The notes under the pieces are model-generated. The model was not told the DNA's origin, did no database searches, and worked only from the letters and a program-made list of their open reading frames with translations. A stretch of 64,000 nt of DNA from a virus. Made by a program: the position numbers and the translations under genes. The stretch lies in IMG/VR virus record IMGVR_UViG_3300025102_007089, positions 1-64,000 of that record, one strand, 5' to 3'. Positions 1 to 9,422 of the stretch are shown here, piece by piece; the stretch's first letter is position 1; the number at the start of each line of letters is the position of its first letter.

Positions 1-674
1 TTAGATCCAGGTTTAGGCTTTGGTTTTGGAGGACTTGGAGGTGGGGTCGCGACACCATCTCTACCATCTCTACCATCTCTACCGTCACGTCCTGGTGCTG
101 GTGTAGGTGTAGGTTCCGGTGATGGTTTAGGTTCTGGGCCTGGCTTACCACCACCGGGATCAGGTGCAGGAGATTCAGGACCCGGGTCTGGTTTTGGAGC
201 TCCACCAGCTGGACCTATAGCTTTTCCATCTTTTGAAGTAACAGAAGTAAATTGGTATGTATTATCAGCTGATTGAAGAACTTTAATTGTACCACCGGTA
301 AGATCCCTAACCTCTTCTTTACCGCCCTTTTCATCTACAAAAGTACCTTGGTTTATAGGTATAATAAATATATTTTTATTATTTGGATCTTGGGTAGGGC
401 GTCCTAATGCATTTCTAGCTCGAATATCATCCTTATAATGCTCTCTTGCATAATCGTCATCTGTAAAATACTTTTGTACCGCCTTTAAAGGATCAGTAGC
501 ATTAATATCCTTTGCTATACCAGCTACACCCTTTGCAGCACCAACCAATGCTGGTGCATCTTTGGCTAACTGCTTTCCTACCTCACGCGTAGCAGCTCCA
601 AGACCAGCTCCTACCTTTTTCATAAATGAACCAAATCCTTCAGTTAAAACTTCTTTATGGGATAACTTTCTCAC
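1..674 (-). CDS. Late protein (3'-partial, not in ORF track) with Pro-rich tract and GRD repeat; probable virion protein
   Basis: GTG start at 674; open frame MRKLSHKEVLTEGFGSFMKK...PKPDPGPESPAPDPGGGKPGPEPKPSPEPTPTPAPGRDGRDGRDGRDG runs off the window; ATAAATA box 5 nt upstream (680-686). Confidence 0.75.
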   Translation of the reverse strand, partial: MRKLSHKEVLTEGFGSFMKKVGAGLGAATREVGKQLAKDAPALVGAAKGVAGIAKDINATDPLKAVQKYFTDDDYAREHYKDDIRARNALGRPTQDPNNKNIFIIPINQGTFVDEKGGKEEVRDLTGGTIKVLQSADNTYQFTSVTSKDGKAIGPAGGAPKPDPGPESPAPDPGGGKPGPEPKPSPEPTPTPAPGRDGRDGRDGRDGVATPPPSPPKPKPKPGS

Positions 675-726
675 ATTGATATTTATTCTTGATTACCTAA
701 AATATGTAAATATAATAATCATATAA

Positions 727-1770
727 ATGAGTAAAAAAGATACTAATTATGAGTGGTTAGGTGATGATGATGAGCTAACCGGTGAAAAAGATGTTATTGC
801 TAAGAAGTTAATGGGTGAGGAATATAGTAAGAGTTATTTTCCCCCTATTAGAGTTTATGATGATAATGTTGATGCTAGTAAAGAATATATTTCTTCTTTA
901 CCTGATTTACAGAATGGACCTTCGAGTCTAATTCAAGGAGCTGCTGTACCTATTCAGCAAGTTGGTATTCATAACTTTAAACTGCCTCTTACTTATAAGA
1001 AACGTAATGGTAAAACTATTGAACTTGAAACTAGTGTTACCGGTAGTGTTAGTTTAGAAGCTCATAAGAAAGGTATTAATATGTCTCGTATTATGAGAAG
1101 CTTTTATGATCACAAAGACGAGACGTTTAGTATTGATAAGATTAAAGATGTTTTAGAAACTTATAAAAATAATCTTAAATGCTTTGACTCAAGAATAATG
1201 CTTAAGATTTCTTATCCTATCAAGCAGAATAGTTTACGTAGTGGTTTAGAAGGTTATCAATATTACGATGTTGTATTTGAAGGCGACTTAACTAAAGAAG
1301 GTGAGTTTAAGAAATATATTCATTTTGATTTTGTTTATTCTTCTGCCTGTCCTTGTAGCTTTGAGTTGAGTGAGCATGCTGAAAAGTATCGTAATAGAGC
1401 TACTGTACCTCATAGTCAAAGAAGTGTTGCTCGTGTAAGTGTTAGATTTGAGGATATGCTTTGGATTGAAGATATTCAAGAGTTATGTTTAGCAGCTTTA
1501 CAAACTGAAACGCAAGTTATGGTTAAGAGAGAAGATGAGCAAGCATTTGCTGAAAAGAACGGTGCTTACTTAAAGTTTGTTGAAGATGCTGTAAGATTGC
1601 TTTATGAAAAGCTTACTAATGAATCTCGTATCTTAGACTTTAAGATTGTTGCTTCTCATAATGAGAGTTTGCATAGTCATAATGCTGTATCAGTTATTGT
1701 AAAAGGTATTGAAGGAGGCTTTAAAGCTGGTGTTACTAGAGATGTTTTTGAATCTACTGGATTACGATAA
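727..1770 (+). CDS. folE2: GTP cyclohydrolase IB (FolE2)
   Basis: LPDLQ, IQQVGI, KGINMSR, SACPCS, HSQRS, VKREDEQ, FVEDAVR, ESLHSHNA motifs. Confidence 0.93.
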   Translation: MSKKDTNYEWLGDDDELTGEKDVIAKKLMGEEYSKSYFPPIRVYDDNVDASKEYISSLPDLQNGPSSLIQGAAVPIQQVGIHNFKLPLTYKKRNGKTIELETSVTGSVSLEAHKKGINMSRIMRSFYDHKDETFSIDKIKDVLETYKNNLKCFDSRIMLKISYPIKQNSLRSGLEGYQYYDVVFEGDLTKEGEFKKYIHFDFVYSSACPCSFELSEHAEKYRNRATVPHSQRSVARVSVRFEDMLWIEDIQELCLAALQTETQVMVKREDEQAFAEKNGAYLKFVEDAVRLLYEKLTNESRILDFKIVASHNESLHSHNAVSVIVKGIEGGFKAGVTRDVFESTGLR

Positions 1771-1791
1771 GGAACTACCTCATAATAAGGT

Positions 1792-2322
1792 GTGAATATT
1801 TTTGTAACAGATCATGATCCAGCTTATTCTACAATTAATCTTTGCGATCAGCATGTAAGATCAAAGATGCAGATTGAAGGAGCTATTATGTTAGCTCATG
1901 CTTTTCCTCAAGAAGTATTAGATCATCCATCTACTCCTAGAACATCAACTGGAAAGCCTCGAAGAAGGGGTAAAGGTTATTTTAATCATCAATGTTCTAT
2001 ATGGGCGAGGGAAACAAAAGATAACTTTAAGTGGTTAGTTGATCATACGTTAGAAATGTTTACTGAACGTATGTATAGATGGCCGGACTCAAATGAGCAT
2101 TTTACTAAGACGTTTATTGAGTGGTGTGGTAAAAATATCCATAATACTATAATGGATAATTATGGTTTAACTAATTACGCTTTAGCTATTGGTAAGGATT
2201 GTGAGTGCAGAAAGGTAAAAGGTTTTGATAACCTTTCAACAATTGACAAATATAGAGAGTATATTCGTTGTGATAAACCTTTTGCTACCTGGACGCAGCG
2301 TCGTATACCAGCTTGGTATTAA
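1792..2322 (+). CDS. Pyrimidine-dimer DNA glycosylase (DenV-like) family protein
   Basis: MNIFVTD..P...A...CDQHV.KM.IE.A.ML N-terminus, NHQCSIWARE, C-terminal YREY...W..R..P.W. Confidence 0.75.
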   Translation: MNIFVTDHDPAYSTINLCDQHVRSKMQIEGAIMLAHAFPQEVLDHPSTPRTSTGKPRRRGKGYFNHQCSIWARETKDNFKWLVDHTLEMFTERMYRWPDSNEHFTKTFIEWCGKNIHNTIMDNYGLTNYALAIGKDCECRKVKGFDNLSTIDKYREYIRCDKPFATWTQRRIPAWY

Positions 2323-2759
2323 ATATCAGCTTCAATATTTTTATGAGCTATATTTTCTGCACTTACGTCAATTAATGCATCGAGCTCATTTTCAATAAAA
2401 TCCTTACCTACAAGAATTTTATATATATTTGAAGTTCTATCTCCTATAGAAAAAGGTACATTTTTAAATTCCTTATTTCCTATTTTAAAGTCAAATTCTA
2501 CCACCGGTCTATCTTCAGTATTACCGGCACCTACGTTAATTGTAATATTATCTTTCTTATCTTTAGTTAATCTTTTATTGTTAACTGTCTTAAAAACTAC
2601 TTTGTTACCTTGTTCTTGTATATCTTCACCGTGAAGTACATTAAATGCTCCATTACCAGAATCTAATTTAGCAGGAATTTTACCTACACCATCTACATCG
2701 AAGAATTCTATTAATCCTACGACACTTTTTTCTTCAAAGTAGTTCTTAAAATTTTTCAT
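2319..2759 (-). CDS. Retropepsin-like aspartic protease (RimK-associated type) with capsid-targeting-like N-terminus
   Basis: AKLDSGNG catalytic motif, EDRPVV, DR..YKILVGKDFI; likely start MKNFKNYFEE at 2759. Confidence 0.75.
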   Translation of the reverse strand: MKNFKNYFEEKSVVGLIEFFDVDGVGKIPAKLDSGNGAFNVLHGEDIQEQGNKVVFKTVNNKRLTKDKKDNITINVGAGNTEDRPVVEFDFKIGNKEFKNVPFSIGDRTSNIYKILVGKDFIENELDALIDVSAENIAHKNIEADI

Positions 2760-2760
2760 A

Positions 2761-3138
2761 TTAATCATGTGGGCATTCTTCACCTTCTGGGCATCCGCAT
2801 CCTTTTAAACTTTCATGTCCCATATTATACATACTATCTCCTCCCATTTCTTTAGTATGTTCGTAATCTAACCAATGGTATACTGAGGATAAATAATCAG
2901 CTGCTTTAGTAATTTTTGAAGCAGTCCATCCTTCTAAATCAGGAATACCATCTAACATAGCAGATATTTTTTCTGCATATTTATGAGCTTTTAATAGATC
3001 AGACTTAGCCATATGAATCTCAGAATTATCATGTTCGTGTTCATGTTCAACAGGAGGCTCTTCCTCAACAGCCTGTACAACCACCATACCTGGAGTCATC
3101 ATTTCATTAAGTAAGTTATCGTCTCTTCTATATCTCAT
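2761..3138 (-). CDS. Hypothetical late (probable internal head) protein
   Basis: ORF; LEGWTASKITKAADYLSSVYHWL motif recalled from marine T4-like phage proteins; ATAAATA 5 nt upstream. Confidence 0.6.
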   Translation of the reverse strand: MRYRRDDNLLNEMMTPGMVVVQAVEEEPPVEHEHEHDNSEIHMAKSDLLKAHKYAEKISAMLDGIPDLEGWTASKITKAADYLSSVYHWLDYEHTKEMGGDSMYNMGHESLKGCGCPEGEECPHD

Positions 3139-3146
3139 ACTATTAT

Positions 3147-3809
3147 TTATCTATTATTCCAGTCTTTCTGCAGAATATTAATAATTGCATCTTTATCTGT
3201 TTCGTTAAGATCTAAGGGCGTAAATCTTTCAACTGCCTCTTCAATGTTACCAACTTCAAGATATTCCTTCATATCTTTTGCTCTTACACCACCTCCTAAT
3301 GCTTTTTCTTGAGCTATAAGTGTTACATGAGGGTATTTATCTTTATTTTCAAAACTTTTGTTACGAGCTGCATCACCCGGTCCGGACCCTATAATAATTT
3401 TTTTATCTGTATTTTCATCTGCAAAGTCATATGAACTCTTTACAGGACTTATAGGAGCAATATTTACCTCTACCGGCTTCCCAGCTTGAGTATATATTTC
3501 CCAAATAGCTTTAGATGCATCTGGAGTTATCCACTCTCTACCTGGTCTGTTTTGTTTTTTACCAATAAATATAACACCTTTATCTGCATCCTTTAAAAGT
3601 TTATTAAACATTTCTAAGTGACCTTTATGTGGTGGCTTAAATCCTCCAGCAAGTAAAGCTACTGTTTCGTTAGCATTCTCTTCTTGCTCAACTCTATCCA
3701 TATACCGCTTAGCTTCCTTCTCTGCTTCCTTCATATGAAACTGAGATATTTCCTCAGACTCAAATCTGGAACTAGGCTGTTGTTCAAAATATTCTTTAAA
3801 TGTTTTCAT
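3147..3809 (-). CDS. Cytidylyltransferase-like (HxGH) nucleotidyltransferase
   Basis: GGFKPPHKGH motif; likely start MKTFKEYFEQ at 3809 (TAATG overlap with upstream gene). Confidence 0.75.
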   Translation of the reverse strand: MKTFKEYFEQQPSSRFESEEISQFHMKEAEKEAKRYMDRVEQEENANETVALLAGGFKPPHKGHLEMFNKLLKDADKGVIFIGKKQNRPGREWITPDASKAIWEIYTQAGKPVEVNIAPISPVKSSYDFADENTDKKIIIGSGPGDAARNKSFENKDKYPHVTLIAQEKALGGGVRAKDMKEYLEVGNIEEAVERFTPLDLNETDKDAIINILQKDWNNR

Positions 3810-4309
3810 TATGCTTCTTCCATAGTATCGGGATACCAATCTGGTAAAGGTGCTTCTTGTATCCTATTAGCGTATTCTTTTTTAGCTTCTTCAAAATCTG
3901 TTGATACTTTACCATCAACCATATCTTTTACAAAGCCTAAAGTAGCAGCGTTAGCATAGAGATCACCGCACCTTGCTGTTACTTCTTTTTTAAGCCCATC
4001 ATATATAATACTACCAGTAACATGACCTAAAGTATCTAACATATCTGCAGGTACATCAATATTCATTGTTGAATATACATAATCCCTATGTGCAGCAGGA
4101 AACTCATGAGGTATACTCTCGTCTTTAATATATACAGTATCAAATGGAGGCTCTATATTATTCCAAAGTAACATATTTTCAGTTACCTCATCCGGTTCAC
4201 CAAATTTCTTTATGAGCTTTATTGCGTAATCTCTAGCATCATCAAACTCCCAGCCTTTGAGAGATTCAACTGCACTACCTTCTTCAAAATATTCTTTAAA
4301 TGTTCTCAT
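3783..4309 (-). repeat. 27-nt direct repeat (26/27 identical) at 3783-3809 and 4283-4309
   Basis: ATGA(A/G)AACATTTAAAGAATATTTTGAA encodes the start of both genes. Confidence 0.85.
3809..4309 (-). CDS. Hypothetical protein with capsid-targeting-like N-terminus
   Basis: MRTFKEYFEE start; coupled to neighbours by stop/start overlaps. Confidence 0.65.
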   Translation of the reverse strand: MRTFKEYFEEGSAVESLKGWEFDDARDYAIKLIKKFGEPDEVTENMLLWNNIEPPFDTVYIKDESIPHEFPAAHRDYVYSTMNIDVPADMLDTLGHVTGSIIYDGLKKEVTARCGDLYANAATLGFVKDMVDGKVSTDFEEAKKEYANRIQEAPLPDWYPDTMEEA

Positions 4310-5520
4310 CGTTTAGTACTTGTTTGACCTCCGCTAAAGTTAGCACGACTAAACTCTAATCTATCTACAAGCTTAACTGCATCACCAGCTTTAGATACAC
4401 TTACATAGCCTTCAGGAGATGTTACTTTTAACGTACCGTCCTCTGCATCTAAGAAATGCTTAGTGTTATATACGGCATTATTATACTTGTTAATAAAGAT
4501 CTGTTTAGCTTGAGAAAGCAGCTTACTTACCTTAAAAATATTTACTATATCATCTTTTTGCTGGTTGAATTCAGCCATTTTCTTCTTAAAACTCTCTTCA
4601 ACTTTAAGTTTACCAGCTTTAGACTTTCTCTTTTCAATTTCTTTAGTCATTCTACCTTTAAACCAATCAACAAAGTTATTAAAAGACTCTTCTGGATTCT
4701 CTAAGAATTTACCTTTTTGAATCTCAGAGTTAGCATATATGTTTAATAAATCAAGAGGTAGATCATTATAATCTACTTTAATAGAGTCAGCAGTTTTAAC
4801 AAAATCCTTAACTTGTTTTGCTTCATCTGTTGTTAGAGTAACTGTTCCAGTAGTATCAGTAAATATAGCATCATCAACCCATACTCCTGGCACTTTTTTA
4901 AGCCCTTTTACATTAATACCATATTGCGGGGGGCTATCTAAATCAGCATACCCTGTATGGAATACAATACCGAATACTGAATTTGCTATTTCACTGCCTA
5001 ATTTTGAATCTTTCTCTACAGCATACTTAATTGTATTAGGTTTAAAAGTAAAATGCTCTACACCATCAATATTTTCTTTGTTAACAGATGATGAATCAAA
5101 CATAAAATCACCTTGAAGAATACCTTTTATACCAAGCTTAGGAAGATACTTAAGAGCTTTCTTTAATTTATCAGCTAAACCTGGCGCATGCCCGTGATTC
5201 ATCTCTATATCATTATCAGTATAGTTAATTTTTGGACCAGTTTTATTAAAAACTGATTTAGTACCTACGAAAAATTTACCAGTATCAGGATGTTTACCAA
5301 CAAACATAGCTGGCGCACCATCCCATTTAACAGAAGTATTAACCTTTCTTTTACTCTTACCTTGTAAATGTGATAATAAGTCAGTTATAAATCCTCTTGC
5401 TGTCTTATAACCACCTTCGCCTTTAGTAAGTACCAGCTCTTCTAAATGAGTAAGGTGTGTATTAGCCTTAGCTTCATTAAGAAGTTCGTATTGTTCAAAA
5501 TATAGTTTAAAGTTTTTCAT
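4306..5520 (-). CDS. Conserved T4-like phage protein (DUF6267-like) with ligase/nucleotidyltransferase KxDG motif
   Basis: NTHLTHLEEL, VKWDGAPA, LQGDFMF, FKPNTIKY, PEGYV, KLVDRLEFSRANF. Confidence 0.7.
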   Translation of the reverse strand: MKNFKLYFEQYELLNEAKANTHLTHLEELVLTKGEGGYKTARGFITDLLSHLQGKSKRKVNTSVKWDGAPAMFVGKHPDTGKFFVGTKSVFNKTGPKINYTDNDIEMNHGHAPGLADKLKKALKYLPKLGIKGILQGDFMFDSSSVNKENIDGVEHFTFKPNTIKYAVEKDSKLGSEIANSVFGIVFHTGYADLDSPPQYGINVKGLKKVPGVWVDDAIFTDTTGTVTLTTDEAKQVKDFVKTADSIKVDYNDLPLDLLNIYANSEIQKGKFLENPEESFNNFVDWFKGRMTKEIEKRKSKAGKLKVEESFKKKMAEFNQQKDDIVNIFKVSKLLSQAKQIFINKYNNAVYNTKHFLDAEDGTLKVTSPEGYVSVSKAGDAVKLVDRLEFSRANFSGGQTSTKR

Positions 5521-6629
5521 ACTAAGAAAAATTCTTTTGCAAAGGCTACTGAGGTATTACTACCCGGGTAGTAAATATACACCCCTTCACCGTCAAATTT
5601 AAATTTAATCATACCTTTTTCAACTGCATTAATTACTGAGCTCAACTGCCCAACATTAACATAATTAGACTTAAAAAAGGTACCTTTGTCCAATTCATCG
5701 GGTTTTGTTTTTCTACCCTGAAATCCTTTTTGATATACAGCTAATAAAATATTAAATCCATGCTGTTCATCTGATTCTCCATCTTTATTACCCTGGTTGC
5801 CATACTGAAAGAGCAATAATGCACCTAAGTAGTCTTTTCTTAGTTCAGGGCTATCGTAATCATAAACCTTTTTAAACGCTTCCGTACTAAATGCTTCTTT
5901 ACATAACTTACTATTAAAATCTTGCGAAGGGTTTATTTGATCTAAATTAATTTCACCTTTAGCTATTCCATTAATTAATTTTCTATCATTAGCAAAACCA
6001 GCTCCTCTAGCACTAATAACCCTACCCATTCCGGTTTTTACTTCAATCTGTAAACCGCTTGGTAATTCTAAATCACCTACTTTACCCTTTCTTGCCTCTG
6101 TTAACACAGATAAAGCTAGTTCACCCGCACCTACACTCACTACTCCTTCTTCGAATTTTCTTACAAATAATTGATTATAAAATTTCTTTTTCTCTTCTTC
6201 TTTTTTCAAGAATGAAAGTTGCGGATAACACACCTTAAATAAATCGACCTCACCCATTAAACCTGATAAATTTTCTCCTAATACATTTAAACCATCCTTA
6301 TTAGATACAAACTCTTTTAATTTACTATAATCGACGCTATAATCTAAAAATAAAAAATATAAAAATTTATTCTGGGTATTAAATCCCGCTTTTGTAGCTA
6401 GTGTATTAATTATTTCAATATCCTCGTTAGACATAAACGAACCCTTTACATTACCTTTAAAATAACCAGCTATTTTTTCTATCTCATCTTTATCTACTTC
6501 TACTTCTTCTACAGTATCATCATCAAATGTAAGAGTTAATTTAGCCTCTCCTAATACCTGTAGATGCTTACGTGGAGGTATATTACCCCCTACTTTCTCT
6601 TTATAGATTTTTTCTAGTGACCACTGCAT
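5517..6629 (-). CDS. Putative PD-(D/E)XK nuclease-fold protein
   Basis: GAGELAL...GDL.....IEVK motif. Confidence 0.5.
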   Translation of the reverse strand: MQWSLEKIYKEKVGGNIPPRKHLQVLGEAKLTLTFDDDTVEEVEVDKDEIEKIAGYFKGNVKGSFMSNEDIEIINTLATKAGFNTQNKFLYFLFLDYSVDYSKLKEFVSNKDGLNVLGENLSGLMGEVDLFKVCYPQLSFLKKEEEKKKFYNQLFVRKFEEGVVSVGAGELALSVLTEARKGKVGDLELPSGLQIEVKTGMGRVISARGAGFANDRKLINGIAKGEINLDQINPSQDFNSKLCKEAFSTEAFKKVYDYDSPELRKDYLGALLLFQYGNQGNKDGESDEQHGFNILLAVYQKGFQGRKTKPDELDKGTFFKSNYVNVGQLSSVINAVEKGMIKFKFDGEGVYIYYPGSNTSVAFAKEFFLV

Positions 6630-6631
6630 GA

Positions 6632-6928
6632 TTAAATTTCTTGAAGTTCAGATGCAAATGATTTATTTGAAGATTGTAATATATCTTGTATAGCGTCAGT
6701 AACTTTTTTAGGGTCACTTTGAACAAATTCATTAGATAACGAATTAATCATATTTTCTTCTTCAATACTAGGACTATATGAAAAAGCGAGAGCAGCTAAC
6801 TTAGTAAGATAAATTTCTGCTTCTGCTGTCACCCTTTCAGGTGGTGATTCAACGTCGACTTCAGCATCTACTTCTTCCTGTTCATATAATTTACTGAACC
6901 TATCAAATAATTTAAGTGTTTTATTCAT
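6632..6928 (-). CDS. Hypothetical protein
   Basis: ORF in coupled late operon. Confidence 0.6.
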   Translation of the reverse strand: MNKTLKLFDRFSKLYEQEEVDAEVDVESPPERVTAEAEIYLTKLAALAFSYSPSIEEENMINSLSNEFVQSDPKKVTDAIQDILQSSNKSFASELQEI

Positions 6929-7274
6929 CTCTTTTAGCTAATTGTTGTTTTAATTCTTGAGTTTTATTAATAAATTTTCTAACTCTTTCTTGATCAACTT
7001 GGTTTCTATCCTCTACTGCCTTCTTAGCCTCATCCCCTTTAACATCGCTAATATCTTCAGCCTCTTGATCTTCTGCATCTTCTACATTATCAATACTTAC
7101 TTTATACTTATTACCTTCATCATCCATAATATGTAAAAAATTAGACATTGGTCTATTTTTAACTTTAACACCTTTATCCAATAAAACTCTTAATAGAGTT
7201 AATTTAGCTTTAGTGTTTCTATCTACAGAATCATCAGGGGTATGATCTTCTACTAAGTCAAGAAACTTATCCAT
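6921..7274 (-). CDS. Hypothetical late protein
   Basis: ORF; ATAAATA at 7280-7286, 5 nt upstream; EDAEDQE tract. Confidence 0.65.
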   Translation of the reverse strand: MDKFLDLVEDHTPDDSVDRNTKAKLTLLRVLLDKGVKVKNRPMSNFLHIMDDEGNKYKVSIDNVEDAEDQEAEDISDVKGDEAKKAVEDRNQVDQERVRKFINKTQELKQQLAKRDE

Positions 7275-7282
7275 GAATATAT

Positions 7283-7792
7283 TTATGTCATAAGAGACAG
7301 TTTTACATTCATATCGTTAAGTAATTCAGCTTCTAAGTGCTTTAATTCGTACTTTTTAAGAAACTTACGAAATTTAGCTAAAGATATGTTAAATTTATCA
7401 GTTATAACGTGGTAATCAGATTCTCTATCACTTACAAACTCATCAAACGTATACTTATCGTATATAATATTAGGAGTTAATGAGTTAAATATTCGTTTTA
7501 CTAAAGATTCTTCTATAGTTTTTTCCGATTCAACCTTATAATAAAAATATTTTTTATACTTCGATGACTTGCAAGCACGTATAACCTCTTTTATTATAAA
7601 ATGAATACCTAATTTGTTCTTATCAGTACGCGAAAGTTTTAAATTATTTTCAGTTATATGAAAAATATACTCATTGAATGACTTAGTTAAGTAATAATTT
7701 AAATTAATTATATCTACATTCCGAACAGGATCATAGAAATTACTGTTTTCTTTTACCAATTCGGAGGTTGATAATTCCGTTATAGTAGTCAT
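7283..7792 (-). CDS. Hypothetical protein
   Basis: ORF fills the gap between neighbours; start uncertain. Confidence 0.55.
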   Translation of the reverse strand: MTTITELSTSELVKENSNFYDPVRNVDIINLNYYLTKSFNEYIFHITENNLKLSRTDKNKLGIHFIIKEVIRACKSSKYKKYFYYKVESEKTIEESLVKRIFNSLTPNIIYDKYTFDEFVSDRESDYHVITDKFNISLAKFRKFLKKYELKHLEAELLNDMNVKLSLMT

Positions 7793-8141
7793 CTCGAGTT
7801 AATACTTCCTCTTCAAATTGTAACTTAGCTTCATAATAACTCAACTCCCATTTTGAATCACACCATCTAAGTATTTCAAACTTAAAACTATCCATACCTA
7901 ATGATTCAAGATCTTTATTAAGCTCATTTGATGAGGAAGTATAGGTTTTCCAATCTGTTTCTATTTTTTGATGGCGCTTATTCTTCTTACCCTTTAAAGG
8001 AGGACGCTTTCTAATAGATTGACATTGCTTCTTACCAATATACTTCTTATCATTAGTAAGATTAGTTATCTTATAAATGAAACCGTAAGGTAGGTCTGCG
8101 TTTTCTTCTAGAACCCCCTCCCAATGACCTAAATCTACCAC
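7740..8141 (-). CDS. GIY-YIG endonuclease (T4 endonuclease II-like)
   Basis: GFIYKITNLTNDKKYIGKK, W.TY.SS, E...Q, YYNGII. Confidence 0.8.
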   Translation of the reverse strand: MVDLGHWEGVLEENADLPYGFIYKITNLTNDKKYIGKKQCQSIRKRPPLKGKKNKRHQKIETDWKTYTSSSNELNKDLESLGMDSFKFEILRWCDSKWELSYYEAKLQFEEEVLTRDDYYNGIINLRIGKRKQ

Positions 8142-8602
8142 TTTCTACAAGACCAATACCTAGCTTTAGTCTTTGGCCCGGGATTATCGCAATTATGTCT
8201 AGCTCTGAATGATTTACGAGCTTTTGGATTACTCTTACGAATTTTCATAGTCTTCTCACCTTTTCTTTTAGCAGAAGTACCTCCATGACCGAAGTTTACC
8301 TTCTTTACATTACCAGTTTTAGGATCCTTAACGTATACTTTAAACTTCTTAACGTCACCTCTAGTAGGCTTGTTGAGCTTTACTTTTCTTCCTCTATATT
8401 CTGCATCTTCTTCTGGATCCTCTTCATCAGATCGTGCAGTATAATGTTTTGGATTCATTCGGAATTTAGGGCCCCCTGGTCCATCGGCACCAGCATCTCC
8501 TTTTCTTAACTTACCTTGTGAGTTATAATGCTTTCCTTTAGCAGCTTTTTGAGGATACTCAGTTCTTTCTAATAACTCTCTTACTAAATCATCAAATTCC
8601 AT
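8135..8602 (-). CDS. Basic late protein, probable internal head protein
   Basis: KKFKVYVKDP.TGNVKKVNFG...RKSFRARHNC...ARYWSC motif; ATAAATA 5 nt upstream. Confidence 0.7.
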   Translation of the reverse strand: MEFDDLVRELLERTEYPQKAAKGKHYNSQGKLRKGDAGADGPGGPKFRMNPKHYTARSDEEDPEEDAEYRGRKVKLNKPTRGDVKKFKVYVKDPKTGNVKKVNFGHGGTSAKRKGEKTMKIRKSNPKARKSFRARHNCDNPGPKTKARYWSCRKW

Positions 8603-8616
8603 AATAATATTTATGC

Positions 8617-9141
8617 TTAACAGTGATAATTTAAATAACGTTGAAGAGCTTTAGCATAATGAGTGCCTTTATTTTTAAGCTTACCTTTAGCTCCTCGTAC
8701 CTTACTGCAAGAGAGACTACCTAGCCTACTTTTAAGTATACCAGGTTTTACTGGCTTATGAATATTTTTCTTCTCAGCATCTTCTTCCCTCATACGTTTT
8801 GTTTTTTTCTTACTAGCTTCTTTTTTCCTAGTAATATATTTAAAAGCAGCACTTAAACTCTTTTTCTTCTTAGGGTCCTTTACCCTGCCTTTAGCTGCTC
8901 TCACTCTTTGATGTATTAAATTAATTATTTGAGATTGTCTAGCATGCGACTTACTTTTAAATGAAGCTTTATTAAGAGTTTCTCTTATATCAGAAACAGA
9001 ACTAAATTTTACACTTACCGTATCACTTGGATTCTCATCAGTATATAATCTTCTACCCGATCCTTTCGGCTTTTTACCAGTACCTTTTTTAGGATCGCGC
9101 TTCTCTAAATATAAATTTACTAAATTATTAAACTCACTCAT
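8617..9141 (-). CDS. Basic late protein, probable internal head protein
   Basis: DPKKGTGKKPKGSGRRLYTDENP motif; likely start MSEFNNL at 9141 (ATGA overlap). Confidence 0.7.
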   Translation of the reverse strand: MSEFNNLVNLYLEKRDPKKGTGKKPKGSGRRLYTDENPSDTVSVKFSSVSDIRETLNKASFKSKSHARQSQIINLIHQRVRAAKGRVKDPKKKKSLSAAFKYITRKKEASKKKTKRMREEDAEKKNIHKPVKPGILKSRLGSLSCSKVRGAKGKLKNKGTHYAKALQRYLNYHC

Positions 9142-9422
9142 TTCTTTTTCTTTTTCTTCTTCCAACTAACACGCTTTGGACCCTTTTTCTTGTACATTTT
9201 TCCCTTTATACTCTTACAGGCTGCTTTAGTAGGTCGACATGCTGGGTAACTACCTCCAGATTTCTTAGATTTACGACCACAAGGACCACCAGTCTTACAA
9301 TTTACCCACCCCTTAAACTTCTTACCTGTTTTAGGGTCAGTACCACCTCTTTTAAACCATTGACGTAATGAGTCACTAGCTTCATTAAGATAGTGCTCTA
9401 CTAACCTATCAAACTCGCTCAT
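9138..9422 (-). CDS. Small basic Cys-containing late protein
   Basis: LRQWF...WVNC...PCGR...YPACRP; likely start MSEFDRL at 9422. Confidence 0.7.
   Translation of the reverse strand: MSEFDRLVEHYLNEASDSLRQWFKRGGTDPKTGKKFKGWVNCKTGGPCGRKSKKSGGSYPACRPTKAACKSIKGKMYKKKGPKRVSWKKKKKKK

Noticed and set aside
7740-8141. Mobile homing endonuclease or intron
   Set aside because: Short stand-alone GIY-YIG with no DNA-binding extension; no interrupted gene or intron core nearby
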